The notes below the pieces were generated by a model that saw only the letters and a list, made by a program, of their open reading frames with translations, had not been told where the DNA came from and ran no database searches. A DNA stretch of 64,000 nucleotides from Chrysomallon squamiferum. Its lineage: Eukaryota; Animalia; Mollusca. Below are positions 1 through 14,824 of the stretch, piece by piece. Each line of letters opens with the position of its first letter. Positions within the stretch are counted from its first letter, which is position 1. The stretch is from positions 7,936,001 through 8,000,000 of the forward strand of contig CM022675.1 in assembly GCA_012295275.1 (NCBI GenBank). Reading direction: 5' to 3'. The position numbers and the translations under genes are program-made.

Positions 1-125
1 TTACGATTCTGTAACGACGAAACGAAATCCACAAAAAATAAAATAGAATAAGAACTGAAAATACTGTCACATGCAAAAATAGTAGCAGCAACATTAATAA
101 CAGTAACAACAACAACAACAACGAA

Positions 126-187
<62 letters not shown>

Positions 188-1055
188 CAATAATAAATTA
201 AAACCATTATAAATAAGTAAGTAAGTAAGTTAATAAATAAATAAACAAAAATAGAAATAAAAATATCACCGCTAAATCCAAGAATAACAATCCGTGAAAG
301 CTAAACAATTAGATTTTCCTCATAGAGTTGTCTCCCTTAATATTTATTTGAAAGAGTAGTATGTATTATATTCTTAGTTATTGTTATTATTCATTGCCTT
401 AAAAAAAGAAAAAAAAAAAAAAAAAAAAAATCAAATAAAAGAATCACAATAAAATAAATAAGACAAATTTACTCTGTGTTTACTCCATAAGCGTTCAGAT
501 TGATATCAAATAACGCAAATGACAAAATCCTAAATACACAGCGACAGAGAAGGTTACCGAAGTACACACATTCATGTATCATATATACAAAACACTATTG
601 TTTGCTGTTTGTATTCTCTCTTTCTTTCTACGGTAATGTTCGCAGGAGAAAGCTAAACAGCTTTAAGCTGTATTTTTCAGTCGACGTTTCAGATAAATAA
701 TTTTGTAACATCTCACAGTATGATTTAAATGACTAAAGATGTTAATAAAGTAATAAATCTTTCACATGTTTCTGAACGGATAGTAATTAATTTCTGATTT
801 CTTTGACCCTCTTTCAAAGAGAAAATTAAAAGTTTTGACATCTGTCAGATAGTTATTTAAGACTAAATATGTTTTTTTTTTGTTTTTTTTTGTTTTGTTT
901 GTTTTTCTTTACGTTGGTTTCGTCTGGAGAGTAGACAAGAGATTGTGTTAAGAAAATCGGACAAAGTGATTCTGTGAGATGGATGAAATTCGCAATGATA
1001 GGTTGTGTTGATAGTAAGATGAACTGAACGTGTAAATTAAAGAGAGTGAGTGAGT

Positions 1056-1132
<77 letters not shown>

Positions 1133-1220
1133 TGTGTGTGAGAGAGTGTGAGACAGAAATATACTTCACGTTGCTTTTGTTGTTCTTCATCTACTTCTTA
1201 TTATTAGTATTATATATATA

Positions 1221-1259
<39 letters not shown>

Positions 1260-1281
1260 ATTATTATTATCATCATCATCA

Positions 1282-1343
<62 letters not shown>

Positions 1344-1825
1344 TATACTATAGGAATTCTTCGCCTATTTTATTTTTTCCTTCAAGATGACCTGAACAAT
1401 ACTATCACTTTTATTACTCTGGCTAGAATTAGTGAATGCGATCGATCACTGCAATAAATAAATCCAGTACAGGAAAGAATAATTCAATTCAAAACCGTAT
1501 TGCGTGAAATTAATTTTTAATTTTTAATGTTTAATTTATTTTAATTTAATTTAATATTATTTTATTTATAAAAGCAAAAGAAAAATACTGAATCCCGACC
1601 ATTTTTCTTTAGAGTTGTATGTTTCAATGTTTCTGTCAGATTCCCTGGGTGTGACTGTGTTTTTATTTGTCAATGTGTCAGTGCATGTGTCTGTGTCTTT
1701 ATATCTTTTCTTATTTATTTGTTTTAATACTTGTGAGTGCTTTTGTGGGAGCGAAATTTATTGCATATAATTTTGTCGCAAAGAGAAATGGCTTTTTTTC
1801 TAATGAAAAACAAATACAAACCCAA

Positions 1826-1866
<41 letters not shown>

Positions 1867-2230
1867 ATAAATGAACAAAACGCTGATATATATTTTAGTA
1901 GGTGTTTTATTAGACAAACTGACAAATTTCAGTGCTCACAAAAAACAGAAATATTCAGTACATAATAATGTATTTTCGTCTGCAAGTTATATTGTTGTTC
2001 TTTTTCTTTTTAAATCAGACACCACATTATGTTTGTATATGCGTGTACACAGGTATATAGGCATTCTTATGGTTTGTACCAAAACTATATATGCATATAC
2101 AGATTTACATATATTTAAATATATATACCAGATACAGTAATAACAACAGATATTTCAATCACAGTACACTGTGTTAACGAATATCAGAAAACAACATATA
2201 ATACAAAATATAATTCGTAATCTTCGTATA

Positions 2231-2698
2231 CTGCTGACCCTCGATTTCTCGAATTAATAGGCGGAGAACTTGTCCGGAAAATGCCGAAGTCTTGGAAATC
2301 GAGAACGTAAAAATTACGGAAACGTCAATATATATAACAGCTAATACAATAATACTTATAAAAAATGAAAGAACAATATAGAGATATAAAAACAATATTA
2401 ATGTGTATATATATTTTTTTTTATCAATATTGTACAGTATATATAAAGAAAAATGTACAGTAAAAAAATATAGGCTAGGTTTTGTGAAGTTTGTCAGATT
2501 AGGATGGTTATAGGTGTAACTGTAAAATTTACTCTTACCGTGATGGTAAACGAGCTGAGACAGGGTTGCAGTGATTCTATAGCACCTAGAAGTAATGTTT
2601 GATATGGGAAATGTTTTTATTGTGATTTTTTTCTATATTTTGGTTTGGATTTCCCTTAGTTCGGAAAACCGAGGGTTCGAGAAATCGAGGGTCAGCTG
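2231..2698. mobile_element. Tc1/mariner (pogo/Tigger-type) MITE, 468 bp
   Basis: TIRs CTGCTGACCCTCGATTTCTCGAA / TTCGAGAAATCGAGGGTCAGCTG (23 bp, 1 mismatch), flanked by TA at 2229-2230 and 2699-2700. Subterminal TTCGG/TTCGA repeat. No ORF. Confidence 0.85.
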
Positions 2699-2761
2699 TA
2701 CTGAGATTATTCTGTAATTAAGTTTTTTTTTAATGTTTTTTAACTGTAGGCGAAAAGGTTT

Positions 2762-2825
<64 letters not shown>

Positions 2826-3450
2826 TGATAATAATAATAATAATAGCAATATTAATGATTATAATAATGATGTTGATGATGACAATGACGAAAACGACAG
2901 CAACAACGTGATAATAATCCTAATGATGAAACAGCAACATAACAACAACAACAACAGCAACAGCAATGATGATGATGACACTGATGATGATGGTGAGTAT
3001 AGCAATGATTTAGTAGTCGTCGCAGCTATAATGAAAGTATTATATTAGCAACCGAAGTAATAACAGTAGTTGTAATATCACAGTAACTGATGTCGTTGTT
3101 GTGGTTGTAGCTGCAGTAGTAATGGTGAAAATGTTAGTGTCTGTAGTTGTTGTGGTAGAAGCAGCTGTAGAACAATAGTAATAGTTGTAGTAGCGATTGT
3201 GATTGTGATAGTGATAGTAAGAAAAAGAAACGAAAAGATACAAAAATGCAGAGCGACTGACAAAACTACAGTGCTGTTGTTGTTGGTGTTGTTATTGTTG
3301 TTGTTGTTGTCATTTATTATTATTATTATAATATTATTATTATTGTTATTGTTATTATTATCGTTGTTGCTGTTATTGTTGTCATTATTATTACTATTAT
3401 TAATTTTATATTGTTCCTCTAATATTATCATCATCATCATCGTCACCAGC

Positions 3451-3708
3451 AAACCACCACTATCATCATCCTCACCAACATCATCATCATCATCATCATC
3501 ATCGTATTATCATCACCTTCATTCATCATAATCATCATCGAAACAAATTTCTGAGGAATTTAAAGGAACATTTTTCAATCAAACCACCACTATCATCCTC
3601 CTCATCCTCCTCCTCATCATCATCATCATCGTATTATCATCACCTTCATTCATCATAATCATCATCGAAACAAATTTCTGAGGAATTTAAAGGAACATTT
3701 TTTACAAT
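3451..3708. repeat. Two-copy ~130-bp tandem duplication
   Basis: AAACCACCACTATCATC...GAAACAAATTTCTGAGGAATTTAAAGGAACATTTTT occurs at 3451 and 3581. Confidence 0.9.
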
Positions 3709-3981
3709 CAGACTTAGGCTTTTATCCCAGCATGAAAAAAAATGACCGGGTCTTTGAACAGCCTTAGAATCGTCGACAGTTGACTTCTGAATAATTCGCT
3801 GGATCTCTGAACGTTGGTTAATTAAATTAACAGTGGCAGTGGCAGAAGATAAGTGTAATTATTCTGGAAATCTGTGAAATATCTTGCGAACGATTTCCTC
3901 GAGAAAATTTTTCTAGGATGTAATTTTAATTTAGCTGCCGGTGAGGGCTCGGTACCACGCATGCGCGAGGTAGGCAGCACG

Positions 3982-4013
<32 letters not shown>

Positions 4014-4271
4014 AATACTATATTCTACACTTCAGTGTTGTTATTTAATTGTGTATTCAGTGGCTTGTTGCTATTAGTAACAGCACTGTTATAAAAATAC
4101 TAGTCTGCCGATGTTTTAGGCTTTTCGCTTTTCACGTGAAGTCATATAAATAATAATAAAAAATAATGGAAAGGAAAATATAGACAGAAAAAGAAAACAA
4201 AATAGTATGAAAGAAAGAAAGAAAAATGAATAAATAAATGAATAAATATGAATAAATAAATAAATAAATGA

Positions 4272-4323
<52 letters not shown>

Positions 4324-4719
4324 GTAATAATAATAAATCAGTTCATTAAATAATTAAATAAATAAAGTAATAATAATAAATCAGTTCATTAAATAATTAA
4401 ATAAATAAACTAAATAATAATAATAACAAACAATAATAATAATAATCATAATAATATAATAATAATAATCAGTCAATCAATCAGTGAACAGACAGTAATA
4501 ATATAATTTAAATCTTTAACTTAGAAGCATAGAAGATGTAAACATTTGCACTAGTTTTATTTATTTTATTTTATTTTTTATTTATTTTTTTCTTGTCACA
4601 AAAAGTACATGATAATTTATAATAATACTAGGTGAATATTTTTATTGGACTGCGGTCGAAACAAAATGTACAGATATAGCAGCAATGAGTCCTAGCTAGG
4701 CAATGAATGAATGAATGAA

Positions 4720-4758
<39 letters not shown>

Positions 4759-4963
4759 ACAAACAAACAAATAAAAATCACCTGTAATTTTACATCACGT
4801 ATTCCAGTATTCCAATGTAGACAAAGAATTGATTCACAGTTTTGTATGTTCGTGTTTATCTGGTATATATCTCAGTATATATATATTCAAGCGGGTTTGT
4901 GTGTGCATATGTATATGTGTGTTTATACACGTATACATATACAAACACACACGTACACATATA

Positions 4964-4995
<32 letters not shown>

Positions 4996-5362
4996 TGCTT
5001 ATTAGTCTGTGTGTGCGTGTGTGTGTGCGTGCACGCATGTGTTCTGCATGTAACCTATTTCATTTGTTGCTATAACTCTGAAACTGTCGTTTGTATATCT
5101 CGACAAATTTGCTGGAATCTGTTACAACGGGTAATCAGTTTAAAATGATTAACTGATTACTTAAAATACAACCTGATCACAACCGCAAACACATCCGCGA
5201 AATAGTCCCTCAAACACAGTTCACGTACTGCAGATCAAAATGATATTAGGTAATTTTTTTTTTATCAATAGTGCTACGAACAGTACTAATAAATAATGAT
5301 AATAATTATTGTTGTTGTAATTATTATTATTGTTATTATAACTATTATTATTGTCATTATTA

Positions 5363-5411
<49 letters not shown>

Positions 5412-5446
5412 TGTTATTTTCATTAAAATTGTAATTATGATTATTA

Positions 5447-5498
<52 letters not shown>

Positions 5499-5522
5499 CA
5501 TCCTATTCTTCTTCTTCTTCTT

Positions 5523-5553
<31 letters not shown>

Positions 5554-5583
5554 TTATTATTATTAAACACAAGTTGCACAATT

Positions 5584-6864
5584 TCAAAAACTGCTGGTCG
5601 ATTTTGCATTGTTATTGGTGACGGTGTATATGCCGGGTGCAGTGGTTCCTAAGTGCACGTTGCCGGCGCTGTTCGACGTGCACAACGACGTGTTCGAGAC
5701 GTTGATGTTGGTGTGTCCGGTGCGCGTGAGCGTCGTGAAGGAGCGCTGCTGCTTGGCCTTTCTGCACGTGATTATCTGCACGAAGCGAACGCGGAACTTC
5801 CTCGCCGACAGAAAGTACATGTAGAAGTTGATGGCGTTGTTGACGTCGGACAGCAGGAAGATGAACTGCTCCGTGAGCAGGCGGCGGACGAAGCCGATGC
5901 TGTTGGGCTGGGACTTCCAGTAAGGTTTGACGATGAAGAAGAGGCAGTTGGGCAGGTTGAGAACGACGAACGTCATCGACACCGCCACCAGCATGATGGT
6001 GATCTGCCGCTGCTGGCGGAACTTCTCCGCCATGACGTCGTTCTTGTTGTTGGTGAGGTCCTTCTGGGCGCGGGCCGACCGGCGGATGCCCTTGATGATG
6101 AGCACGTTGAAGATGACGAGGATGATCGAAGGCAGGATGGCATAGAGGAGCCCGTCTATCCAGTACCAGTAGTACTTGTAGAAGTGGGAGTACTCCGGGA
6201 AGATGCCGCAGTCGAAGCCGTGCATCGAGTCCTGGAACGCCGTCGCCGAGAAGAGAAACCAGAAGTTTGCGAGCATCAGAGATAGCGCCAGGACAGAGAG
6301 GGTGATGAACGTATTTCTCTTCGTGCAGATGGTGCTCACGTTCAGAGGGAACCATATAGCGACGAAGCGCTCGATCGTCATGGCAACGAGAATCCAGTTG
6401 GACAACATGGCGGAGAAGCTGCCCAGGTAGAAGAGCGTCTTGCAGCCGCCGGCGCCGATGTCGACGTTGTGCAGGGTGAACTGGTGGAACATCAGCTTGT
6501 TGACGATGGCGAAGTTGTCCGTGATTGCCAGCGCAGCCACGTACGTCGTCGATGAGGTCAGAGGGGGCATGCGCAGAATGGTTATAAGGCAGGCCAGGTT
6601 TCCGGGGAACCCGAAGCCGAAAATGAACCAAAGGTAGTAAATGTTGATGTAGTAGGCCACCCAGAAGAGAGGGAACTGACGTATACCGCTTCCTCCTGCA
6701 GCACCAGAAGCTTTCGTCATTGACTCCAGTTCCGTCGTCATGGAGAAGTTAGCACTCGTGACGAAAGCCGGCAGTGGGCTGGCCGAGGTGAAGTTGTACG
6801 ACATCGTAGTGTCCAGAAATTCCGCGGCCAAGCTGGTCATTGTCATCCTGGCTTTGTGACGCAC
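5584..6864 (-). CDS. Class A (rhodopsin-like) GPCR, FMRFamide-receptor-like / GPR139-GPR142-like; main coding exon (first in-exon ATG at 6846 gives 420 aa)
   Basis: Seven hydrophobic segments with class A motifs: GFPGN (TM1), LAITD (TM2), Cys before TM3, MTIERF (DRY variant), ECL2 Cys, LPSII (TM5), FVVLNLP (TM6), NNAINFYMY (TM7). N-terminal sequons NFT and NFS. Strong GC3 bias against the AT-rich flanks. Minus-strand acceptor TTTCATTCTCTTTCCAG|GTG with AG at 6866-6865. Stop TGA at 5586-5584. The ORF-track extension 6865-6918 is intronic. Confidence 0.95.
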   Translation of the reverse strand: MRHKARMTMTSLAAEFLDTTMSYNFTSASPLPAFVTSANFSMTTELESMTKASGAAGGSGIRQFPLFWVAYYINIYYLWFIFGFGFPGNLACLITILRMPPLTSSTTYVAALAITDNFAIVNKLMFHQFTLHNVDIGAGGCKTLFYLGSFSAMLSNWILVAMTIERFVAIWFPLNVSTICTKRNTFITLSVLALSLMLANFWFLFSATAFQDSMHGFDCGIFPEYSHFYKYYWYWIDGLLYAILPSIILVIFNVLIIKGIRRSARAQKDLTNNKNDVMAEKFRQQRQITIMLVAVSMTFVVLNLPNCLFFIVKPYWKSQPNSIGFVRRLLTEQFIFLLSDVNNAINFYMYFLSARKFRVRFVQIITCRKAKQQRSFTTLTRTGHTNINVSNTSLCTSNSAGNVHLGTTAPGIYTVTNNNAKSTSSF

Positions 6865-7320
6865 CTGGAAAGAGAATGAAAGGCAAGACAAGGTGTCTTT
6901 GTAAACTTCGTGCGTCAAATGGGTCGCTGGATGAATTCCAATCCAGCTTGCGTGGGGGATTTTAGTTAGTCACGACTTATCAGTGGATTTATTAAGAAGG
7001 AAAAGAAGAAAAGAAACATATAAATAAAAATTGAGACAGAAGAAAAGAAAGAAAGAAATAAAGAAAGAAATAAAGAAAAAAGAAAGAAAGAAAGAAATAA
7101 AGAAAGAAATAAAGAAAAAAGAAAGAAAGAAAGAAATACTATTTTAAGGAGAGATGAAGAGAATTAGAACAAATAAAAAGACCAGAGGTAATAAATACAC
7201 TGGTAATTAGATCGAAATATAGGCAGATAGGAAAATAAAGAGATGGATGGACAAACGACTAGACGGATGAATGGATGAATTCAGTAGGTGGTGGCGGAGA
7301 GAGAAAGAGAAAGAGGGAGA

Positions 7321-7442
<122 letters not shown>

Positions 7443-8056
7443 CAGACAGAGAGAGAAGCAGCAAAAAGCATAAATACAATTATTGTAAAAATACCACTGA
7501 TTAACTATTAACTATCTCTAGTTTTACAATCATTACTCCCACCAAATTCTTCATTTTACTTTTTTTTTTTAATTTACTCAATTTTATTTTATATCTTCTT
7601 CTTCCCTAATCGATAGAGTCAAACCTCTTCTTTTTTTTTTTTTTTTTTTACTTTTCACGAATATTACATTTATTATCAGACGCCCCGAATCAGATCACCT
7701 CGTTTGAGAAGAGAAACAATTTCTTACTCGAAAGCTCAAAGGCGCTTCAATCTCTGTAACGGTATTGATAACGGGGACACGCCTGAATTACTCCATTGAA
7801 AAAAAAACAGCTGAACCCCAATCACAATTTGCAGCCTATGGCCGGCAATCAATTATCCGAGAAGTAAGAGGAATAAATGACTCACAAGTGTTTACGAGTA
7901 AGTAGCTAATTTCCAGAGGCGATGGATATCGTTTTCGCTAATTTAACCCAGTGGTTAGAAACACAGCACGTGACCTGTGCTCGGAACTCTCCTGTTTAAA
8001 GAAGTCAATAGCCGCCTACTTGAACGTAATAAGGGAGGTAATTGGCAAGATGTAAA

Positions 8057-8175
8057 GTGAGAAATTTCGTGCGATTATAGAAATTTTTATTTTTAAAAAT
8101 TTTGAAGTTAAGGTGTGAAAGACCCAAAGAAAAATTAAGTTGATATGATATTGAAAATTGCTTGAATTCATCGCG
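8057..8175 (+). repeat. Degenerate dispersed repeat, copy 1 (copy 2 at ~33340-33465)
   Basis: Shared GTGAGAAATTTCGTGC...TTTTGAAGTTA...GTGAAAGACC...GAAAATTGCTTGAATTCAT. Confidence 0.8.
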
Positions 8176-8225
8176 GATATTAATCAAGTTACTGCGTCGT
8201 GATTTCTCTCTCTCTCTCTCTCTCT

Positions 8226-8342
<117 letters not shown>

Positions 8343-10295
8343 GTCTGCCTGTCTGTCTCTATGTATATTCGTATCCATGATTGTGTTTGGGTGCATGTGT
8401 GTATGTGTATATGTGTGTGAGTGTGAGTGTGTGTGGCTGTGTCTGTGTGTGTGTGGCTGTGTCTGTGTGTGTCTGCTTGGAGTGAACTGAAGGTTAGATG
8501 GGTACAACAGATGTCGTTCACGCACACTTAAAAATTTCAGAAAGATATTTCAAGTCTTACAACCGCAGTGACATGATTTAAAAAGCGTATTTTTTTTTAA
8601 TATATTTTTTTTTATTGTTTTTATTTATTTTATCAAACAAAAAGCTTTTTAACAATCACAATATCATTCTGAGGAAATATAACAAACACAACATCTTTTT
8701 CATTTCACTGAATCCGTATCACAAAGTTCAAACATATTGTCGAAGATTTTGTCACGTAAAATAGGAGAATTTTTGTAACTAAACAGCTCTTATTTCTACA
8801 ATGACAAAAGCGACAAAAGTCATTAACGTAAATCTTGACTCTATTTCTCAGGTTTCAAATACTTATGCAGATAATTCAAATGATGCTTATGGTTTTGGTG
8901 TTTTTTTTACTTTCTTTTCTAAAATAGCATTGTTAATTGTTAAAGACGTTTTCCATGTATATATACATATATATGAAAGAGACAGAGTCATACACACAGA
9001 CAGACAGAAAGACAGACAGATACACGGACACAGAACATACACTGTACATTAAAGTTAAGATAGTATTGATGTATTTCTTTATGAACTGGCCTACAATGTA
9101 ATTTTTCAGAAAACTGGCAGTGAAATATTTGTAGAGATGATTAGATACATTCCCTTGTGAGTCGTAAACATGTTTAGCATCGGAACGAATTTCCCCTCCC
9201 TTCTCCCTACTCGTAAAAACGCTTTCTTTATCATCGTTATTATCATCATCATCATTTTATTATTCTGTGTCTTCATTCTGTTTCCTATTTCATTATCATC
9301 ATCATCATCATCATCATTTTATTCTATGTCTTCATTTTGTTTCCTATTTCATTATAATCATGATGATCATTTTCAACTATGTAATTTTTTTTTATTTCAT
9401 CATCATTCGAATCAAACTCATCGTTATATTCTTTTTCTTCTTCTTCTTCTTCTTCTTCTTTTTCTTTTTCTTCTTTTTCTTCTTCTTCTTTTCCTTCTTC
9501 TTCTTCTTCTTCTTTTTTTTTCTTCTTCTTCTTTATTCTTCTTCTTCTTCTTCTTCTTTTCTTCTTCTTCTTCGTTCTTCTTCTTCTTCTTCCTTCTTCT
9601 TCTTTTCCTTCTTCTTCTTTATCTTCTTCTTTATCTTCTTCTTCTTCTTCTTCTTCTTCTTCTTTGCTTACCTCTCAAAGTCAACTAACTGTTAAACACT
9701 TAGAGGCTGCTGCTCACAGAGAAATATTTAATCTGCATTTTTTTTTTTTTTTTTTTTTCAAATTACAAAACCAGCGCATAAACATTTAATTTTTCTTTCT
9801 TTTTTTTTTTTTTTTGGCAAAACGTTACAAATTCGACGTTAATTTCTTTGACAGTCCGTGTCAAAACTGTAACGCTCTGATTTAATAAATAAATTTAAAA
9901 AAAACTACACACACAGATTCACGATCTTGCTTTTTTATGAACCAAGAAGCCTTGTACTTGTCACTTTATTGACTGCTCTGTTGAATACGACGAGGAGTAA
10001 ACTACACGCAGGTTTATTTCATTAGAACCAGTGTGACTTTTTCTGCTTCGGCAGTTGTCGTGAATGAAAACCAATTTACGCGTTCAGGACAAGGGCAGCG
10101 AATGCAAGAATGCAAAGGTCAAGGTTTAACGATCGGCTTCAGTCCGAATCTGACATACTGGACGTCTGAACGAATCCATCAAACTCGATTCTGATGGCTC
10201 CTGTTAGAATCGGAATACATGTGTGGGGAGAAAAGAAGAAGAAAAAGAAAGAGATAAATATTCCAGACTTATATTAAATTAGAATTAATAGAATG

Positions 10296-10326
<31 letters not shown>

Positions 10327-10424
10327 ACAGATGAATCCATATCTCTTGTTTGTTACCACAGATGAATCCATATCTCTTGAAAGTTGACTGCTTAAAGTTA
10401 ACAATGTCTAAACAAAAGTGTATT

Positions 10425-10459
<35 letters not shown>

Positions 10460-11316
10460 GAGATAATAATACATTAAAGATAATGCATATATGTGTGAAT
10501 GTTTGTTTATATTTATATATTACATATGCACGTATATGTTAGTGTGTATGCATGCATGTGTGAATACACACATACACACACACGCACATATATATCTGTG
10601 TATATATGTATTTATGTTTATATGTATGTGTGTAAGTATATATATATATATGTATGTATGTATTTATGTATGTACGTGTGTATGTATATATGTACTTTTT
10701 ATATGTATGTATGTATATGTATGTATTTATGTATGTGTATATACATATATGTAGACATGCATGTGTATCCAAAATTACAAATCTTATTAGGATATGTCAG
10801 TACAAACTCTGTCTTTGTTTCTATCTTAAAATTTCCCAGACTAGACTCTGACCAAAACCAGATGTGTTAATTGTGTGTCATTTTTCTTACAAAACGATCG
10901 TTTAGCGATGTTGTTTCGTATGCGTTGGTCATCAGTACAATGCACAATTTGTTGACCGCTATATACCAGAGACAGTTCGGACACTTAACAATGACCAGAC
11001 TGTGACACAGAGGATCAAGAAAGAAATCTCCTTCGTCTAGGATTTGTCACAGTAGTTTAAACTGAAAGACAAATGGCTGACGTCTGGAAGTTATACAGAT
11101 GTATAACTAGGTGGACAAATGGCTGGATGGCTGGATGTATGGGTGGACAAATAGATAGGTGTGAATGTGCCCAGAGAATGAAAGAGGGAGGGAGAGAGAA
11201 GGAAAGAGAGGGAAAGAAAGAACGAAAGACAGATGGAAAGAAAGGTAAAAAAAGGTATGAAGAGAGAGGGCAAAGAGATAGAAAGATAGATGTATAGATG
11301 TATATACAAGAAGAAA

Positions 11317-11693
<377 letters not shown>

Positions 11694-12186
11694 AGATCTT
11701 TTCGAAGCCTATTATCTGACAAATTACTCGTCCTATCATTACGACGATAACAAATTACGAGAACAACCATCACGGGGATAACAAAATACAAAAACCAATC
11801 AAAACGAAAATAACAAACAACAGGACCAATCAGTAGCAGGGTAACAAATTGGAAGAACGAATCAATAACACGCGTGTGTAACAAATACCAGATTCGTAAT
11901 TGCTTTGTGTCTGACACACAATGATTCTGGAGACGAATCAGGTTCGTTCGAATACCGCTGTCAAACTTTCGATAATAAGACTGACATTTGTAACGGGATT
12001 TGTAATATATATATATATATCGCTGTAAGAACAAAGCTTAGAATTCGATTAAAAGGAAAAATGTTGCAGTCAAAAAAGAGTGTTTTCTCTCCAGCTGTCA
12101 GTAATTTTGATCTCTGTCTGATCTCTGTCACTTTTTATCTCGTTCCGTTATTTCTTTCCCTCGCCCACTACCTATTTTTATTTCGT

Positions 12187-12359
<173 letters not shown>

Positions 12360-12371
12360 TCTCTCTCTCCT

Positions 12372-12402
<31 letters not shown>

Positions 12403-12428
12403 GCTCTCTTTCTCTGTGTATGCGTGTT

Positions 12429-12461
<33 letters not shown>

Positions 12462-12786
12462 CTGTTTATTTTTCTCTCTCTGTCTTTCTCTCTTTCTCTG
12501 TTTATTTCTTTTTAGTCTTTCTCTTTCTCTTTCTCTTACTCTCTCTATTTTTCACTTTCTTTGGCCCTTTATTTTATTTTCGTACTTGCTGATGTCTCAT
12601 CATCTCTGTAAATATGTATTTTAATAAATATATAAATATATATATGTGTCTTGGGTTGTTTAATTTTCTCTTTCTGTCACTTACATACTTATATGCATAT
12701 AAACGAACACATACATAAATATATATAAACATACAGACATTCAAACATACATACATACATGAATTCTTTTATGCATTTACACATAG

Positions 12787-13143
12787 AAAAACAAACAGAC
12801 ATTAACAGATACACACACATTCAAAATATACAAGTTCATTTCTTAAAACAAACAGACATTAACTGATACATACATTCAAAATATACAAGTTCATTTCTTA
12901 AAACAAACAGACATTAACAGATACACACATTCAAAATATACAAGTTCATTTGTTAAAAGCATTTTCTAACTCAGACATTAACAGATACACATTCAAAATT
13001 TACAAGTTCATTTCTTAAAACATTAACAGAGACACACATTCAAAATTTACAAGTTCATTTCTTAAAACAAACAGAGATTAACAGATACACACATTCAAAA
13101 TATACAAGTTCATTTCTTAAAAGCAATTTCATACTCAGACATT
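12787..13143. repeat. ~55-bp minisatellite, ~6.5 copies
   Basis: Unit AAAACAAACAGACATTAACAGATACACACATTCAAAATATACAAGTTCATTTCTT with variants. Confidence 0.92.
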
Positions 13144-13869
13144 ATACAAACATTAAAATATTTATCTGCGTCAAAACCTCTGAAGTTAATAACAAAAAAA
13201 CTTTGCTTTAAACAGGTCGGCCCGTTCAAACTCTTCTCTTTTAGATCTTGTGCAGATCTTGTCAGCTTTTGTCTTTTTAGACGATCATTTCTGGATATGT
13301 TTCTGAAATTTGTTTAAGATGATCACAATTTCTCTCCATAATTAACTAAGTGAATTAGCCAGTGAAAAGAAACGAGACGACAATCTAATGAAACTGACTG
13401 CAAATGACAATCAGGAAATTGCTCGAGTCTCGATGAAACGGGCAAATGGGAGAAACTGTGTGTAAAAATGTATTGGAAGGAAACCCAACGAAAACAGAAA
13501 AGACAGAAACATAATTTAATTTCGTGGCCATTCTTAAAATCAGCTCCAACTCTGAGTTAATTTTGTATAAGTTCTTTTCGTGTTTTTTTTTTGTCTCAGT
13601 GTTTATTTTTAATTTCAATTTTTCTCCCCGTTTTCTTTTCCTCCAGTCATCATCTAATTTTTCTTTTTTTTTTTTTTTTGGGTTCTTGAATTATTTGATT
13701 TTACAATTTATAGACCTTTGTAAATGTTTGTCTTCTGCCTCTCTGTCTTTCAAATTCATTCATAATTTATTAATTTCTTTCCCCTTTTCACCCTGTCTGT
13801 GTCTGTCTGTCTGTCTGTCTGTCAGTTTATCTCTGTATATATATGTGTGTGAGTGTGTGTGTGTGTTTG

Positions 13870-13910
<41 letters not shown>

Positions 13911-13927
13911 GTATATGTATGTATGTA

Positions 13928-13966
<39 letters not shown>

Positions 13967-14090
13967 TTATTTATTTATTTATATATCTATCTATATATCA
14001 CCATTTTTCCAACCTATTCATCTATCTGATTTTCCAGGTCCATCCATCCATTCATCCATTAATCAATCAATCCGCTCATCCATCCGACTC

Positions 14091-14125
<35 letters not shown>

Positions 14126-14720
14126 GTCATTCTCAGATTGTCTTGCCCCTACCTCTCACAAACAAATACAAAAATTTCCGTCACGTCTCAAAAGCAAAAG
14201 ACTGTCACATCAGTCTACAGCGGATTCGTCTCGCTCTATTCTCAACGGTTGAACGTTTTTTTTTTTTTTTTTTTTTTTGTCGGCGAATTCGGTCAGCTCA
14301 GCTCAAATCACCACCGGTCATTTGGCCGAGTCTTTCATCTGAAGAGTTTGTCTTAATTCGTCTACTGTCGCCAATGGACACCGTGGCTTACTTTAACCGC
14401 GCTCTGATCCAGTTACGACTCGATTAAGACTACCTGTCCAGTCACTGAGGGCACAGAAAGAGAGATCAGCTCAAGAGAGAAAGTTTTGACGTCGCGTCAA
14501 AAGAGTTAACGCTTTCTGTCAGCTAAGTAATTGAGACGAAGCGCCTTATGAACTGTGATGGAAAAATAGCTAGATTTGTACAATACCTATATAGTACCCA
14601 CTTATGTAGAGACGTGTATGCTTATATACAATTATATCTGTAGCTGTATGTCTGTCTGTCTGTCTCTGTCTTTCTATCTATCTATCTATCTATCTACATG
14701 CCTACCTACCTATCTACCAA

Positions 14721-14788
<68 letters not shown>

Positions 14789-14793
14789 ATCAA

Positions 14794-14824
<31 letters not shown>

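Noticed and set aside
3936-4011. GC-rich stretch followed by poly-A, resembling a retroposon tail
   Set aside because: No target-site duplication and no second copy; poly-A tracts are ubiquitous here.
5612-6637. Long alternative-frame and antisense ORFs over the GPCR (339 aa minus, 210 aa plus, others)
   Set aside because: Expected shadows of strong GC3 bias. The 339-aa ORF starts at TTG and the products look like frame-shifted codon patterns.
6865-6918. N-terminal extension MTHEVYKDTLSCLSFSFQ of the 444-aa ORF
   Set aside because: It starts at TTG and spans a polypyrimidine tract plus CAG acceptor, so it is intronic.
7940-7995. tRNA/SINE A-box-like CCCAGTGGTTAGAAACAC
   Set aside because: No matching B box or cloverleaf. 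The B-box-like GATTCGATCCC near 25111 likewise has no A box.
9665-9697. Possible minus-strand micro-exon with donor GAG|GTAAGC
   Set aside because: Only an isolated splice-like motif, not supportable without transcripts.
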